This document shows positions 19,458-30,834 of a stretch of DNA of 64,000 nt, one piece after another. Within the stretch, counting starts at the first letter, position 1, and each line of letters starts with the position of its first letter. The stretch is from a virus: positions 1-64,000 of IMG/VR virus record IMGVR_UViG_3300042335_000796; one strand, given 5' to 3'. The translations under genes were made by a program, and so were the position numbers. The notes under the pieces are model-generated. The model had not been told where the DNA came from, searched no databases, and was given only the letters and a program-made list of their open reading frames with translations.

Positions 19458-19461
19458 TGCT

Positions 19462-20148
19462 ATGTTAAAAATTGATGAAAGAATTTTAGAAGAATTAAAG
19501 AGATATAATCAAATTAACAATTATATTTTTGAACAAGACACTGCAGCATTACCAGATGCTGAAGTTGATGCACCCTTAGATATTGCCGCACCAACTGATG
19601 CTACACAATCAGCACCAATTGATACAACTCAACCAACACCACCTGCAGATGTTGTACAACCAACACCAATTGATGTTGAATCAGACCCTGAAGTTGAAAA
19701 AGTTGATAATCAAGGAAATCCAGAAGGTTCTGAGGCGACAAGTGAAGATGGTACTGAAGAATTAGAAATTACAGATTTAGTAAATTCTCAAAATTCAATA
19801 ATTGAAAAACAAGATAATTATTTTAATCAATTGTTTAATCAATTATCAAATTTAGAAACTAAATTAGGTGAAATGGATAATTTAATTGATAAAATCAATT
19901 CTTTAGAAACTAAACTTGAAAAATATCGTCCAAAAACTCCACAGGAAAAACTTGAATTACGTAGTTTAGATTCAGGACCATTTAATCAGAAATTGACAGA
20001 TTTTTTTAATGATAAAGAGGTTGATATGGAAAAATCTGGTAAAAATGAATATGTTTTAACTGTAGATGATGTTAAAGACTTTTCAGAATCCGAAATTCAA
20101 GATACATTTGATGTAGATGATGAGGATGAGAATTTTGAGAAATTTTAA
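19462..20148 (+). CDS. Acidic coiled-coil protein, possible head scaffold/internal protein
   Basis: ATG at 19462; LEELKRYNQINNYIFEQ, then a Pro/Asp/Ala-rich linker and a coiled coil. Confidence 0.55.
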   Translation: MLKIDERILEELKRYNQINNYIFEQDTAALPDAEVDAPLDIAAPTDATQSAPIDTTQPTPPADVVQPTPIDVESDPEVEKVDNQGNPEGSEATSEDGTEELEITDLVNSQNSIIEKQDNYFNQLFNQLSNLETKLGEMDNLIDKINSLETKLEKYRPKTPQEKLELRSLDSGPFNQKLTDFFNDKEVDMEKSGKNEYVLTVDDVKDFSESEIQDTFDVDDEDENFEKF

Positions 20149-20156
20149 GCTACTTA

Positions 20157-20188
20157 TTTGACATTTTATAATTCTATAACTATACTTG
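20157..20188 (+). promoter_or_regulatory. Strong early/middle promoter upstream of the SSB gene
   Basis: TTGACA(20158)-N17-TATACT(20181); also reads TTTG-N20-TATACTTG, close to the Bacteroidota consensus. Confidence 0.7.
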
Positions 20189-20211
20189 TTTAGTAACAAA
20201 ATTATAAATAT

Positions 20212-21072
20212 ATGATGTCAACATTAGATTCAGTATTAGCACAGTATGATAAGGCTAATCAAAGTAGCTCTTCAGGACCTAAAATGTCTCAAGAGGAACG
20301 GTTAAAAAAGTATTTTGCAGCAATTCTACCTAAAAATCAATCTTCAGGTCAATTGAGGATTAGGATTCTTCCAACTAAAGATGGTTCTTCACCATTCGTT
20401 GAAGCGTATTTTCACGAAATTTATGTTAATGGTGAATTAACAAAATTGTATGACCCTTCAGGAAATGATAATGAAAGGTCACCATTAAATGAAGTATATG
20501 AAGAACTTATTTCAACTGGTAAAGAAAGTGATAAAAGTCTTGCTAACCAATATAAAGCTCGTAAGTTTTATGTTGTAAAAGTAATTGACCGTGATAACCC
20601 ACAAGATGGTCCTAAGTTTTGGAGATTTAAGCACAATTATAAAAAAGAAGGTGTTTTTGATAAAATCATTCCAATTTATAAGGCAAAAGGTGATATTACA
20701 GATGCTGATAAAGGCCGAGATTTGATTTTACAACTCGTTAAACAAAAAAATCCGAAAGGGGGTGAGTATGTGGCAATTCAGACAATTATGTATGATGACC
20801 CAGCACCACTTAGTGAAGATAAAGACCAAATGAAATCTTGGTTAGATGATGAATTAACTTGGAGAGATGTTTATTCTAAAAAACCTTTGGAATATCTCGA
20901 AGCAGTTTCTCTTGGTAAAGTTCCTAAATGGGATTCAGCTCTTGGTAAATATGTATATGGTGATTCAACAACATCAAATTCTACTTTTGGGGGTAAACAA
21001 ATTAATAATGTATCTACACCAGTAGTTGACCCTCAAGAGCAGGAGGAATCTGATGATGATTTACCGTTCTAA
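20212..21072 (+). CDS. Single-stranded DNA-binding protein (T4 gp32-like)
   Basis: IRILP...SPFVEAYFH, KFYVVKVIDR, KGRDL, acidic tail ending DDDLPF. Confidence 0.85.
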   Translation: MMSTLDSVLAQYDKANQSSSSGPKMSQEERLKKYFAAILPKNQSSGQLRIRILPTKDGSSPFVEAYFHEIYVNGELTKLYDPSGNDNERSPLNEVYEELISTGKESDKSLANQYKARKFYVVKVIDRDNPQDGPKFWRFKHNYKKEGVFDKIIPIYKAKGDITDADKGRDLILQLVKQKNPKGGEYVAIQTIMYDDPAPLSEDKDQMKSWLDDELTWRDVYSKKPLEYLEAVSLGKVPKWDSALGKYVYGDSTTSNSTFGGKQINNVSTPVVDPQEQEESDDDLPF

Positions 21073-21092
21073 TAAATATAAATAAAATGATT

Positions 21093-21128
21093 AATAGACA
21101 TGGGTTAATTCTCATGTCTATTTTTTTT
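21093..21128 (+). terminator. Rho-independent terminator
   Basis: AATAGACATGGG-ttaatt-CTCATGTCTATT followed by a T-run. Confidence 0.8.
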
Positions 21129-21142
21129 AAAAATAAAAATAT

Positions 21143-22147
21143 ATGGCAATTAAAAAAAATGATTTCGGTTCGATAAAAAAGAAGTTTTCAACTTCTGCTA
21201 AATATAAACCACAAAGATACTTTGATTTGGGTTCAGAGTTCTTGGATGCGGTTGGTATTCCTGGTCCAGCAATTGGACATTTAAATATGTTTCTCGGTCA
21301 TTCAGATACGGGAAAGACAACTGCAGCAATTAAAACCGCTGTTGCTTCACAAAAAATTGGTATTTTGCCTGTTTTTATTATTACAGAGCAAAAATGGAGT
21401 TTCGACCACGCTAAACTTATGGGTTTAGAATGTAAAGAGATTATTGACGAGGAAACAGGTGAACTTGATTGGGATGGTTTTTTTTTATTTAATAATAACT
21501 TCCAATATATCGAACAAATAACAGATTTTATTAATGATTTATTGGATGCGCAAGAAAAAGGTGATTTAGATTATAGCTTGTGTTTTATTTGGGATTCTGT
21601 TGGTTCGGTTCCTTGTCAAATGACATATGAAGGTAAAGGTGGTAAAATGCATAATGCAGCAACATTATCTGATAAAATAGGTATGGGTATTAACCAAAGG
21701 ATTTCAGGTTCAAGAAAGGCAGATTCTAAATATGAAAATACACTAATTATTTTGAATCAGCCCTGGGTCGAGCCAGCTGATAATCCATATGGACAACCTA
21801 AAATTAAAGCCAAAGGTGGTGAAGCAATTTGGCTAAATTCATCTTTGGTATTCTTATTTGGTAACCAAAAAAATGCAGGAACAACTAAAATTACAGCAAC
21901 AAAAGATAAAAGAACAGTTAAGTTTGCAAGTAGAACAAAAATTTCTGTATTAAAAAATCATATTTCAGGATTGGGTTATGAGGATGGTAAAATTATTGTA
22001 ACACCACACGGATTTTTAGCAGGTAAAGAAGCATCTGAAGAAAAGGCATCAATTGAAAAATACAAAAAAGAATATGCTGAGTATTGGAAAACAATATTAG
22101 GAGTTGATGGGGATTTTGATTTGAAAGAAGAAAAAGTATTAGATTGA
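21143..22147 (+). CDS. uvsX: RecA/UvsX-like recombinase
   Basis: Walker A GHSDTGKTT, ITE, Walker B FIWDSVG, ILNQ, KGGEA. Confidence 0.88.
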   Translation: MAIKKNDFGSIKKKFSTSAKYKPQRYFDLGSEFLDAVGIPGPAIGHLNMFLGHSDTGKTTAAIKTAVASQKIGILPVFIITEQKWSFDHAKLMGLECKEIIDEETGELDWDGFFLFNNNFQYIEQITDFINDLLDAQEKGDLDYSLCFIWDSVGSVPCQMTYEGKGGKMHNAATLSDKIGMGINQRISGSRKADSKYENTLIILNQPWVEPADNPYGQPKIKAKGGEAIWLNSSLVFLFGNQKNAGTTKITATKDKRTVKFASRTKISVLKNHISGLGYEDGKIIVTPHGFLAGKEASEEKASIEKYKKEYAEYWKTILGVDGDFDLKEEKVLD

Positions 22148-23169
22148 AAAAAACATTAATAATTGACGGATATAACATCTTAAAAATTGGCGTTAATGGT
22201 GTTAAAAATTATTATCATAATAATAAGCATATTGGTGGCATCTGGTATTTCATAACAACACTTAAAAACTTTATCGAAACCTATGATTTCGATAAAGTTG
22301 TTGTTATGTGGGATGGTGAAGATAATCGAATAGCAAGGAAATTAATATATCCCAAATATAAAGAAAAAAGACCTGAAGTTATTGAGGATGATGTGTATGA
22401 AGAATCTTTTAGATATCAGAAACATAGAGTTCAATTATATCTTGAGGATATGTTTGTCAGGCAAATTGATATTAAAGGGGTTGAAGCTGATGATTTAATA
22501 GCTTATTATTGTAGTATTGCTAAAGATGAAAAAATAACAATATTATCATCAGATACTGATTTATTACAATTAGTTTCTGAAAATGTTTCACAATATTCAT
22601 TATCAGTAAAAAGATTATTTAAAAAAGGTGATAAAATAAAGTTAAAATATTATGAATTACCTATTGAAAATGTTAAAACTTATAAAATATTGTCTGGTGA
22701 CAAATCTGACAATATTGATGGAATTTATTATTTAGGTGAAAAAACTTTTGTAAAATTATTTCCTGAAGTACTTGAAAGAGTGGTAACAATTTCCGATATT
22801 TTATCAAAAGCAGAACAATTATTTAATGAGGATAAAAACAACTCAGCTATAAATAATCTTTTAACTGGTAAAACAAAAAATGGTGTTTATGGTGATGAGT
22901 TTTTTATAATTAATGAACAGTTAATTGATTTATCAAAACCTTTAATTAATGACGATGGAAAAAATATTGTAGAGATGTATTATCGTGAATCATTAGACCC
23001 AAATGGTAGAGGGTACAAAAACTTAATGAGATATATGATGGAAGATGGATTTTTTAAATTTCTACCAAAAACTGATGATGTATGGATTAAATTAATAACA
23101 CCATTTTTAAAACTAACAAGAAAAGAAAAAAGAATATATGACAAACACGAAAGAACAAGAATTGGTTAA
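22144..23169 (+). CDS. 5'-3' exonuclease/flap endonuclease (T4 RNase H, PolI N-terminal-like)
   Basis: LIIDG, YPKYK, EADDLIA, SSDTDLLQL, GDKSDNIDGI..LGEKT; TTG start. Confidence 0.9.
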   Translation: MKKTLIIDGYNILKIGVNGVKNYYHNNKHIGGIWYFITTLKNFIETYDFDKVVVMWDGEDNRIARKLIYPKYKEKRPEVIEDDVYEESFRYQKHRVQLYLEDMFVRQIDIKGVEADDLIAYYCSIAKDEKITILSSDTDLLQLVSENVSQYSLSVKRLFKKGDKIKLKYYELPIENVKTYKILSGDKSDNIDGIYYLGEKTFVKLFPEVLERVVTISDILSKAEQLFNEDKNNSAINNLLTGKTKNGVYGDEFFIINEQLIDLSKPLINDDGKNIVEMYYRESLDPNGRGYKNLMRYMMEDGFFKFLPKTDDVWIKLITPFLKLTRKEKRIYDKHERTRIG

Positions 23170-23599
23170 GCTTGAATTTTTAATGAAATTGAACGATAAG
23201 ATTATTGTTCAAAGGTACTTCAATGTGAGAGAGTATAATCATGATGCAAAAAGCTCATATGAGTTATATGAATACATTAAATACCTGAAAGATGATATGG
23301 AAAAAGAATTGATTGACAGAACTGCATTATATATGCTTGAAAATATTGATGACATTATGGCTAATGAAACTATTTTAAATACTTCAATGACTGATGGGGT
23401 TGAGAATTTTAATATTTTTATTAAACATGGTGATAATATTATTATGCATAGAGAATTTAATGCTAAAATATATCCACCTAAAGTTAGGTACACTGTTGAT
23501 TTGAGACCTAAAGTTAAGGAAATTATGAAAAATCTTGTTGAAATTTTTTCATCAAAAAACTTGACTTACACATATCTTAATTACAATTTAGCTGGTTAA
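23138..23599 (+). CDS. Hypothetical protein
   Basis: 153-aa ORF within the replication operon. Confidence 0.7.
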   Translation: MTNTKEQELVKLEFLMKLNDKIIVQRYFNVREYNHDAKSSYELYEYIKYLKDDMEKELIDRTALYMLENIDDIMANETILNTSMTDGVENFNIFIKHGDNIIMHREFNAKIYPPKVRYTVDLRPKVKEIMKNLVEIFSSKNLTYTYLNYNLAG

Positions 23600-23623
23600 T
23601 TCAACCAATAAAAAAAAATATAA

Positions 23624-24997
23624 ATGAATTCTGATAAAAATTTTAATTATTTAGGTGAGAATTTTCAATTACAGCTAATCAATCAAATAATTCTTGATAA
23701 AGAATTTGCAAGAGCAATACTTGAAGTATTAAAAGTTAATTATTTTGAGAATAAATATTTCAAAATAATTATTCAAATGGTTAAGGAATATTATTTAAAG
23801 TATGATTCTTCACCATCTTTTAATACTTTAGAACAAATTTCAAAATCTGAAATAAAACAAGAATTAGCGTTAAATATTGTATTAGATACAATAAAGAAAA
23901 TTAAAGATGTTACATGTGAAGGTGTTGATTTTGTAAAGACAAAAGCTACTAAATTCTGCAAGCAGCAAGAATTACAAAAAGTTTTAGAATCTGCACAAAA
24001 ATTAATCGATAATGGTGATTTTGAGAATTATGATGTTCTTGAAAGTATGGTTAGGGATGCGTTACAAGTTGGCGATGTTAGACGAAATCTTGACAACGTA
24101 TTTTCAGATTTAGATAATGTTTTAAGCGAAGATTATCGAAATCCTATACCAACAGGTATTCAAGCATTAGATAATTTAATGAAAGGTGGTTTGGCTAAAG
24201 GGGAAGTTGGTCTTATCCTTGCGCCAACAGGAGTTGGTAAGAGTACTATTTTAACTAAGTTTTCAAACCATGCATTTAACTTGGGATATAATGTTTTACA
24301 AATATTTTTTGAAGATAATCCAAAAATTATTAAACGTAAACATTATACACTTTGGACAAAAATTAGTCCAGACGATTTATCATATAGAAAGGAAGAAGTT
24401 TTACAAAAAATTTCTGAAATTGAAGGTAATGCTAAGAATAAATTACATTTAGTAAAATATTCATCAGATAGTATGACTATGACGCAAATTAAAAATGAAA
24501 TTAGAAAGTTAATTGCTGATGGTAATAATATTGATATTGTTTTATTGGATTATATTGATTGTGTAGTTCCAGATATTCAAGGTGATGAGTGGAAGAGTGA
24601 AGGTACAGTGATTAGAAAATTTGAGGCTATGTGTCATGAGTTAGATATTGCAGGTTGGACAGCAACCCAAGGTAATCGAGGTTCAATATCTTCAGAGGTT
24701 GTTAATCATGACCAAATGGGTGGCACAATTAAGAAAGCACAAGTTGGTCATATTATTATAACAATTGCTAAAACACTACAACAGAAAGAACAAAAACTGG
24801 CAACAATTGCTATTACTAAATCAAGGATTGGTTCCGATGGAATAATTTTTGAAAATTGTAAATTTGATAATGAAATGCTTGAAATTGATACTGAAAATTC
24901 TATGACTTTTTTAGGTTTTGAAGACAAAAAAGAAGAGGAAAATAAAAATAGAATAAAAGATTTAATGGAAAAGCGAAAATTACGCACACAACAATAA
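23624..24997 (+). CDS. Replicative DNA helicase (DnaB/gp41-like)
   Basis: IPTG..LD...[24 protein letters not shown]. Confidence 0.92.
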   Translation: MNSDKNFNYLGENFQLQLINQIILDKEFARAILEVLKVNYFENKYFKIIIQMVKEYYLKYDSSPSFNTLEQISKSEIKQELALNIVLDTIKKIKDVTCEGVDFVKTKATKFCKQQELQKVLESAQKLIDNGDFENYDVLESMVRDALQVGDVRRNLDNVFSDLDNVLSEDYRNPIPTGIQALDNLMKGGLAKGEVGLILAPTGVGKSTILTKFSNHAFNLGYNVLQIFFEDNPKIIKRKHYTLWTKISPDDLSYRKEEVLQKISEIEGNAKNKLHLVKYSSDSMTMTQIKNEIRKLIADGNNIDIVLLDYIDCVVPDIQGDEWKSEGTVIRKFEAMCHELDIAGWTATQGNRGSISSEVVNHDQMGGTIKKAQVGHIIITIAKTLQQKEQKLATIAITKSRIGSDGIIFENCKFDNEMLEIDTENSMTFLGFEDKKEEENKNRIKDLMEKRKLRTQQ

Positions 24998-25005
24998 TTA
25001 TATAT

Positions 25006-25953
25006 ATGGAAAAAATTTTAGTAGAAAATCCGAATAGGTTTGTAATATTCCCTATTGAACATAATGATATTTGGGAGTATTATAAAAAGCATCAGTCAGC
25101 ATTTTGGACTGCTGAAGAGGTTGATTTATCTAATGATATTAGAGATTGGGAAAACTTATCAGAAAATGAAAAATACTTCATAAAAAATATTTTATCATTT
25201 TTTGCGGCATCAGATGGTATTGTTAATGAAAATTTGGCTGAGAACTTCTACAGAGAAGTTCAATATCCTGAAGCCAAGTTTTTTTATGGGTTTCAATTAA
25301 TGATGGAAAATATTCATAGTTTAATGTACTCATTATTAATTGATACTTATGTATCAAATCCTAATGAAAAAAATGAGTGCTTTAATGCTATTGATAGATT
25401 ACCTGCAGTTAAGAAAAAAGCATCATGGGCTCTCAATTGGATTAAAAATGCATCATTTGAAGAAAGATTAATTGCATTTGTTGCTGTTGAAGGCATATTT
25501 TTTTCAGGGTCATTTTGCTCAATTTTTTGGTTAAAATCAAGAGGAATTATGCAAGGTTTATGTAATGCAAATGCTTTAATCTTTAAAGATGAAAATTTAC
25601 ATTGTGATTTTGCTATTCATCTTTTAAATAACCATCTACAAAATAAGCCAAGTGAAAAAGTTATAAAAGATATTTTACTTTCAGCACTTGAAATTGAAAA
25701 AGAGTTTATTACTGAATCTTTACCAGTTTCATTAATAGGTATGAATCAAAATTTAATGAGACAATATCTTGAGTTTATAACAGATGGTTTATTAATTAAA
25801 TTGGGTTGTAATAAAGTATTTAACGTTGAGCAACCATTCAAATTTATGGAACAGATTGCAATTGAAACTAAAGGAAATTTCTTTGAATCAAGAACAATTG
25901 AATATCAAAAAGCTAAATTAAACGAAACATTAACATTTACAGAAGATTTTTAA
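25006..25953 (+). CDS. nrdB: Ribonucleotide reductase class Ia beta subunit
   Basis: [44 protein letters not shown]. Confidence 0.97.
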   Translation: MEKILVENPNRFVIFPIEHNDIWEYYKKHQSAFWTAEEVDLSNDIRDWENLSENEKYFIKNILSFFAASDGIVNENLAENFYREVQYPEAKFFYGFQLMMENIHSLMYSLLIDTYVSNPNEKNECFNAIDRLPAVKKKASWALNWIKNASFEERLIAFVAVEGIFFSGSFCSIFWLKSRGIMQGLCNANALIFKDENLHCDFAIHLLNNHLQNKPSEKVIKDILLSALEIEKEFITESLPVSLIGMNQNLMRQYLEFITDGLLIKLGCNKVFNVEQPFKFMEQIAIETKGNFFESRTIEYQKAKLNETLTFTEDF

Positions 25954-25955
25954 AA

Positions 25956-28382
25956 ATGATGTCATTAAGAATAATTAAAAGAAACGGGGAATTACACTCA
26001 TTTAATCCTCAAAAAATTTATAACAGAATTAAAAGAACTGCTAAAACCTTAAATGTAAATTCTGAAGAAATTTTTATTAAAGTTGTCACATCATTACCAA
26101 CTGAAGGTGAAATTTCAACAAAAGAATTGGATAAATTAATTTATGAAATATCAGCATCATATACTGGTAGTCATCATGACTATTCTCGTTTAGCAGCAAG
26201 TATTGCAATATCTTCATACCATAAAGAAACTTTAGATAGTTTTAGTGAAACTATGAATATTTTGAACAGTGAAGGTGTTATTAATGATAAATTAATTGAA
26301 ATTATTAATGAATATGGTGCTGATAATATTGATTCATTAATTAATCATAATAATGATTACAATTTTGATTATTTTGCTTGGAGGTCATTAAGAGAAATGT
26401 ATCTGTTAAGAAAATCTGATGGTACATCATTTGAAAGACCACAACATATGTATATGCGTGTTGCATTATGGGTAACTAATAATTTAGAAGAGGCTATAGT
26501 ATATTATAATTCATTGTCTAAGCAATTGATTTCACCAGCAACGCCAATAATTATCAATTCAGGAACTAATATTCCACAATTGGCATCATGTGTTTTACAT
26601 TATAATGATGAAGATTCTCGAAATGGATTATTAAATACTCTTGATGATGTTTCAACATACTCGGCACATGCTGCTGGTATTGGCCTTTGCATGTCTAATA
26701 TTAGAAGTAAAGAAAGTAGAATTTCAACATCTGGGGGACATTCTGGAGGTTTGCTTAAGTATTTAAAAATTATAAATGAATCTTTACGTTTTTTTAATCA
26801 GCAAGGTAGAAGACCAGGTTCTGCAGCAATTTATATTGAACCTTGGCATAAAGATATTTTTGATTTATTAGATATTAAGAAAAACACAGGTGCTGAAGAA
26901 TTACGGGCTCGTGATTTATTTACCGCTTTATGGATACCAGATAATTTCATGAATGCTGTTAAAAATAATTCAGATTGGTATTTATTTTGCCCCAACGATA
27001 TTATAAAAGCTGGAATTAAACCTTTACAAGAATGTTATGGTGAAGAGTATGAACTTAATTATAAAAAAGCTGTTGATTTAGGCTTAGGTAAAAAAATTAA
27101 GGCCCAAGATGTTTGGACAAAAATTATCGAATCTCAAGTTGAAACGGGTGTTCCATATTTATGTTCAAAAGATAATGCAAATAATAAAACAAACCATCAA
27201 AATATTGGAGTAATTAAGCAATCTAATTTATGTAATGAAATTTATCAATATACTGATGAAAAAACTACAGCAATATGTACATTATCATCTTTAGTATTAA
27301 AAAATTATATTATTAATGGTGAGTTTAATCATAATTTATTATTTGAAGAAACAAGAAAAGTTGTTAGGGCTTTAAATCATGTTATTGATATTAATGCATA
27401 TTCAACTGTAAAAGGTTCAAAAGGTGGCCTTGAACAAAGAGCTATTGCTATAGGTACACAAGGTTTAGCTGACGTATTCTTTATTCTTGATTATATTTTT
27501 AATTCAGAAGAAGCTCGTAAATTAAACAAAGAGATTTTTGAAACTATTTATTTTGCTGCAATAACTGAAAGTAATGAATTATGTATTGAAGGAAATTATG
27601 CGCCATATTCATATTTTAAAGGTTCACCAATGTCAAATGGTGTATTTCAATTTGATATGTGGGGACTTGATTCCAAATCCTTGTCAGGAAGATGGGATTG
27701 GGAACTTTTAAAAGAAAGGGTTATTAAATATGGTGTTTGTAATTCATTGTTTACAGCACAGATGCCTGTAGCCTCTTCCGCTAAAATAACAGGTTCATAT
27801 GAGATGACAGAACCCGCACATTCTGCAATCTTTAATAGAAGAGTTGTTGGTGGTGAAATTATGATTGTTAATAAATATTTAATTAACGATTTTGAAAAAA
27901 TTGGTATATGGTGTGAGGAATTAAAGAATGAAATTATAATGAATGATGGTTCAATTCAAAATATAAATTTTAATAATTATCTTGAACAAGATGATAAAAA
28001 ATACAATTTTAAAATTTCAAGAATTGAGCATTTAATTAATAAGTATAAAACAATTTGGGAAATTTCACAAAAGTCATTAATTGAAATGGCTGCTGATAGG
28101 GCACCATTCATTGACCAATCACAGTCTATGAACATTTATATGGCAAATCCAACGTTATCTAAAATTTCATCATCACATTTTTATTCTTGGGAAAAAGGTT
28201 TAAAAACAATGTGTTATTATGTTAGAACTAAAGCAATATCAACAGGTGCTAAACATTTAGCTTTTGATATTTCAAAAGTTAAGCAAGAATTGCCAGAAAC
28301 ACCTAAAGTTGATTACACATATATGAATTTACCATCAAAACCTGAAAATTCACCGTTTGATTGTTTTGGTTGTTCGTCATAA
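25956..28382 (+). CDS. nrdA: Ribonucleotide reductase class Ia alpha subunit with ATP-cone
   Basis: IIKRNG ATP-cone, SPATP, QGRRPG, SNLCNEI, MPVASS, DQSQS, YYVR, C-terminal CFGCSS. Confidence 0.97.
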   Translation: MMSLRIIKRNGELHSFNPQKIYNRIKRTAKTLNVNSEEIFIKVVTSLPTEGEISTKELDKLIYEISASYTGSHHDYSRLAASIAISSYHKETLDSFSETMNILNSEGVINDKLIEIINEYGADNIDSLINHNNDYNFDYFAWRSLREMYLLRKSDGTSFERPQHMYMRVALWVTNNLEEAIVYYNSLSKQLISPATPIIINSGTNIPQLASCVLHYNDEDSRNGLLNTLDDVSTYSAHAAGIGLCMSNIRSKESRISTSGGHSGGLLKYLKIINESLRFFNQQGRRPGSAAIYIEPWHKDIFDLLDIKKNTGAEELRARDLFTALWIPDNFMNAVKNNSDWYLFCPNDIIKAGIKPLQECYGEEYELNYKKAVDLGLGKKIKAQDVWTKIIESQVETGVPYLCSKDNANNKTNHQNIGVIKQSNLCNEIYQYTDEKTTAICTLSSLVLKNYIINGEFNHNLLFEETRKVVRALNHVIDINAYSTVKGSKGGLEQRAIAIGTQGLADVFFILDYIFNSEEARKLNKEIFETIYFAAITESNELCIEGNYAPYSYFKGSPMSNGVFQFDMWGLDSKSLSGRWDWELLKERVIKYGVCNSLFTAQMPVASSAKITGSYEMTEPAHSAIFNRRVVGGEIMIVNKYLINDFEKIGIWCEELKNEIIMNDGSIQNINFNNYLEQDDKKYNFKISRIEHLINKYKTIWEISQKSLIEMAADRAPFIDQSQSMNIYMANPTLSKISSSHFYSWEKGLKTMCYYVRTKAISTGAKHLAFDISKVKQELPETPKVDYTYMNLPSKPENSPFDCFGCSS

Positions 28383-28404
28383 AATGGATAACTTTAGATA
28401 ATTT

Positions 28405-28431
28405 AAAAAACCGCAAACTGCGGTTTTTTTT
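28405..28431. terminator. Rho-independent terminator, probably bidirectional
   Basis: AAAAAACCGCA-aac-TGCGGTTTTTTTT. Confidence 0.85.
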
Positions 28432-28469
28432 ATTTATAAAAAAAATTGTTTCAGTATATTTATATACAT

Positions 28470-28931
28470 ATGGCAAATGGAAAAACATATGGAATTGATT
28501 TCCCATTTAATATTTCAGATAAAGGTCAGTATCTAAAATTAACTGAGACTGCAAATGATGAAATTAGGGCGAATTTAATTCATTTATTATTAACAAAAAA
28601 AGGTTCAAGATATTTTTTACCAGACTTTGGTACTAATTTATATGGATTTATTTTTGACCCATTAGATTCGCCAACATTTACATCTATTGAATCAGATATA
28701 AAAGAATCTTGTGAAAAGTATTTACCACAATTAAGAATAACTAATATTGAAATAACTGCTTTAGAATCTGAAGAAACTGATTCAATAATAACAACAAATG
28801 GTAATGATATTAATCGTGAATTTTTATTACCATCAGCAAATAAGAATGAATACACTGCAAAAGTTAGAATAGAATATGCTATAACAAATGATGTATTTAA
28901 TTCTAAAGACTTTTTAATTATTAATATTTAA
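28470..28931 (+). CDS. Baseplate wedge subunit (gp25/GPW-like)
   Basis: GIDFPF, LLLTKKGSRYFLPDFGTNL; start placed at ATG 28470. Confidence 0.88.
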   Translation: MANGKTYGIDFPFNISDKGQYLKLTETANDEIRANLIHLLLTKKGSRYFLPDFGTNLYGFIFDPLDSPTFTSIESDIKESCEKYLPQLRITNIEITALESEETDSIITTNGNDINREFLLPSANKNEYTAKVRIEYAITNDVFNSKDFLIINI

Positions 28932-28936
28932 CCATA

Positions 28937-30778
28937 ATGGCTGAAAAAAGAATATCGTATACTGTCAGAGATTTTCAATCTTTAAGAACTGAATTAATCA
29001 ACTTTACAAGAATATATTATCCAGATTTAATAGATAATTTCAATGATGCGGCAATATATTCAGCATTTTTAGACCTTAATGCTGCAATAGCAGATAATTT
29101 ACATTATCATATTGATAGAAGTATTCAAGAAACTGTTTTACAATTTGCTCAACAAAAATCCTCAATTTTTAATATTGCCAGAACTTATGGTTTAAAAATT
29201 CCAGGTCAAAGACCATCAGTAGCACTCGTTGATTTTTCAATAACAGTTCCTGCAAATGGTGATAAAGATGATGAAAGGTATGAAGGATTATTAAGACGTG
29301 GAGCTCAAGTTTTTGGTGCTGGTCAAATTTTTGAAACAGTTAATGATATTGATTTTTCATCACCATATAATGCTGAAGGTTTTCCTAATAGATTAAAAAT
29401 TCCTAATTTTGATTCCAATAGTAATTTAATTAATTATACAATAACTAAACGTGAAATTGTTGTAAATGGTGTAACTAAAGTTTTTAAACAAGTAATTACA
29501 CCTGCTGATGTAAAACCATTTCTTGAATTATTTTTACCTGAAAAAAATGTTTTGGGGGTGACTTCAGTAATACAAAAAGACGGGACAAATTATGCAAATG
29601 TACCAACAGCACAAGAGTTTCTTTCATCTGTTGGTAAATGGTATGAAGTTGATGCCTTGATTCAAGATAAGGTTTTTATTGAAGACCCAACTAAACCAAC
29701 AGACCAAGCAGGATTAAAAGTTGGTAAATATATAACAACAAATAACAAATTTATTACTGAATATACTCCAGAGGGTTTTTATAAATTAACATTTGGTGGT
29801 GGAAATACTTCTGCCGAAGAACAATTAAGAGAATTTGCAAGAACTGGTCTAAATGTTCAGCCTATGGAAAGATATTTAAATAATTTTTCTTTGGGTAGTG
29901 CATTGCAACCTAATACAACATTATTTATTCAGTATCGTGTTGGTGGTGGATTAGCGACAAACGTTGGTGTTAATGTAATTAATCAAATCGGTACTGTATC
30001 ATTTTTTGTAAATGGACCATCAGAAATTCTAAATTCTTCAGTTATAAGTTCACTAAGGTGTAATAATATTACTGCAGCGATTGGTGGTAGTGGTTTACCA
30101 ACAATTGAAGAGATTAGAAATTTTGTGGCTTTTAATTTTGCCGCACAAAATAGAGCAGTTACAATTAATGATTATGAATCAATAATTAGAAAAATGCCTT
30201 CACAGTTTGGGGCACCAGCTAAAGTTGCAATTCTTGAGGAAGATAATAAAGTTAAAGTTAAAATTTTATCATATGATGCTTCAGGGTCATTAACACAAAT
30301 TGTGTCGAATACTTTAATTAATAATATAGCAACCTATTTATCAAATTATAGGATGCTTAATGATTATATTTCAATTGAAACTGCAGAAGTTATTGATTTA
30401 GGTATGGAACTTTCAGTTGTTTTAGACAGCACACAAAACCAGGGGGTTGTCATATCATCAATTATTGATACAATATCTAATTATTTTAATCCTGCTGTCA
30501 GACAATTAGGACAAAACGTTAATATTTCTGAATTGACAAGGATTGTTCAGGGGCAAAATGGTGTATTATCTTTGGGAGAAATAAAAGTTTTTAATCTCGT
30601 TGGTGGACAATATTCATCATCAGAAACTTCAATGACATATTCTGACAATGCAACTAAACAAATTTCATTTGTTGATAATAACATTTTTGCATTACCAAAT
30701 CAAATATATCAAATAAGATTTCCTAATAAAGATATTACGGTTAGAGTTAAAAATTTTAAGACTATCAGCATTCAATAA
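28937..30778 (+). CDS. Baseplate wedge subunit (gp6/J-like)
   Basis: RDFQSLRTELI, AIGG...IEEIR...AQNRAVTINDY. Confidence 0.88.
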   Translation: MAEKRISYTVRDFQSLRTELINFTRIYYPDLIDNFNDAAIYSAFLDLNAAIADNLHYHIDRSIQETVLQFAQQKSSIFNIARTYGLKIPGQRPSVALVDFSITVPANGDKDDERYEGLLRRGAQVFGAGQIFETVNDIDFSSPYNAEGFPNRLKIPNFDSNSNLINYTITKREIVVNGVTKVFKQVITPADVKPFLELFLPEKNVLGVTSVIQKDGTNYANVPTAQEFLSSVGKWYEVDALIQDKVFIEDPTKPTDQAGLKVGKYITTNNKFITEYTPEGFYKLTFGGGNTSAEEQLREFARTGLNVQPMERYLNNFSLGSALQPNTTLFIQYRVGGGLATNVGVNVINQIGTVSFFVNGPSEILNSSVISSLRCNNITAAIGGSGLPTIEEIRNFVAFNFAAQNRAVTINDYESIIRKMPSQFGAPAKVAILEEDNKVKVKILSYDASGSLTQIVSNTLINNIATYLSNYRMLNDYISIETAEVIDLGMELSVVLDSTQNQGVVISSIIDTISNYFNPAVRQLGQNVNISELTRIVQGQNGVLSLGEIKVFNLVGGQYSSSETSMTYSDNATKQISFVDNNIFALPNQIYQIRFPNKDITVRVKNFKTISIQ

Positions 30779-30834
30779 TCTATTTAAGATTTCTCATTTC
30801 TTACTATTTATTAGTAAATTAATTTAAATTAATA

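Noticed and set aside
23624-28382. Inteins or introns in helicase or RNR genes
   Set aside because: Lengths are normal and motifs are contiguous; no intein termini or frame breaks seen
25006-28382. Eukaryotic or NCLDV origin suggested by the eukaryote-like RNR and LRR genes
   Set aside because: The sigma70 factor, contractile-tail genes, Rho-independent terminators and overlapping operons indicate a bacteriophage; similar RNRs occur in Bacteroidota
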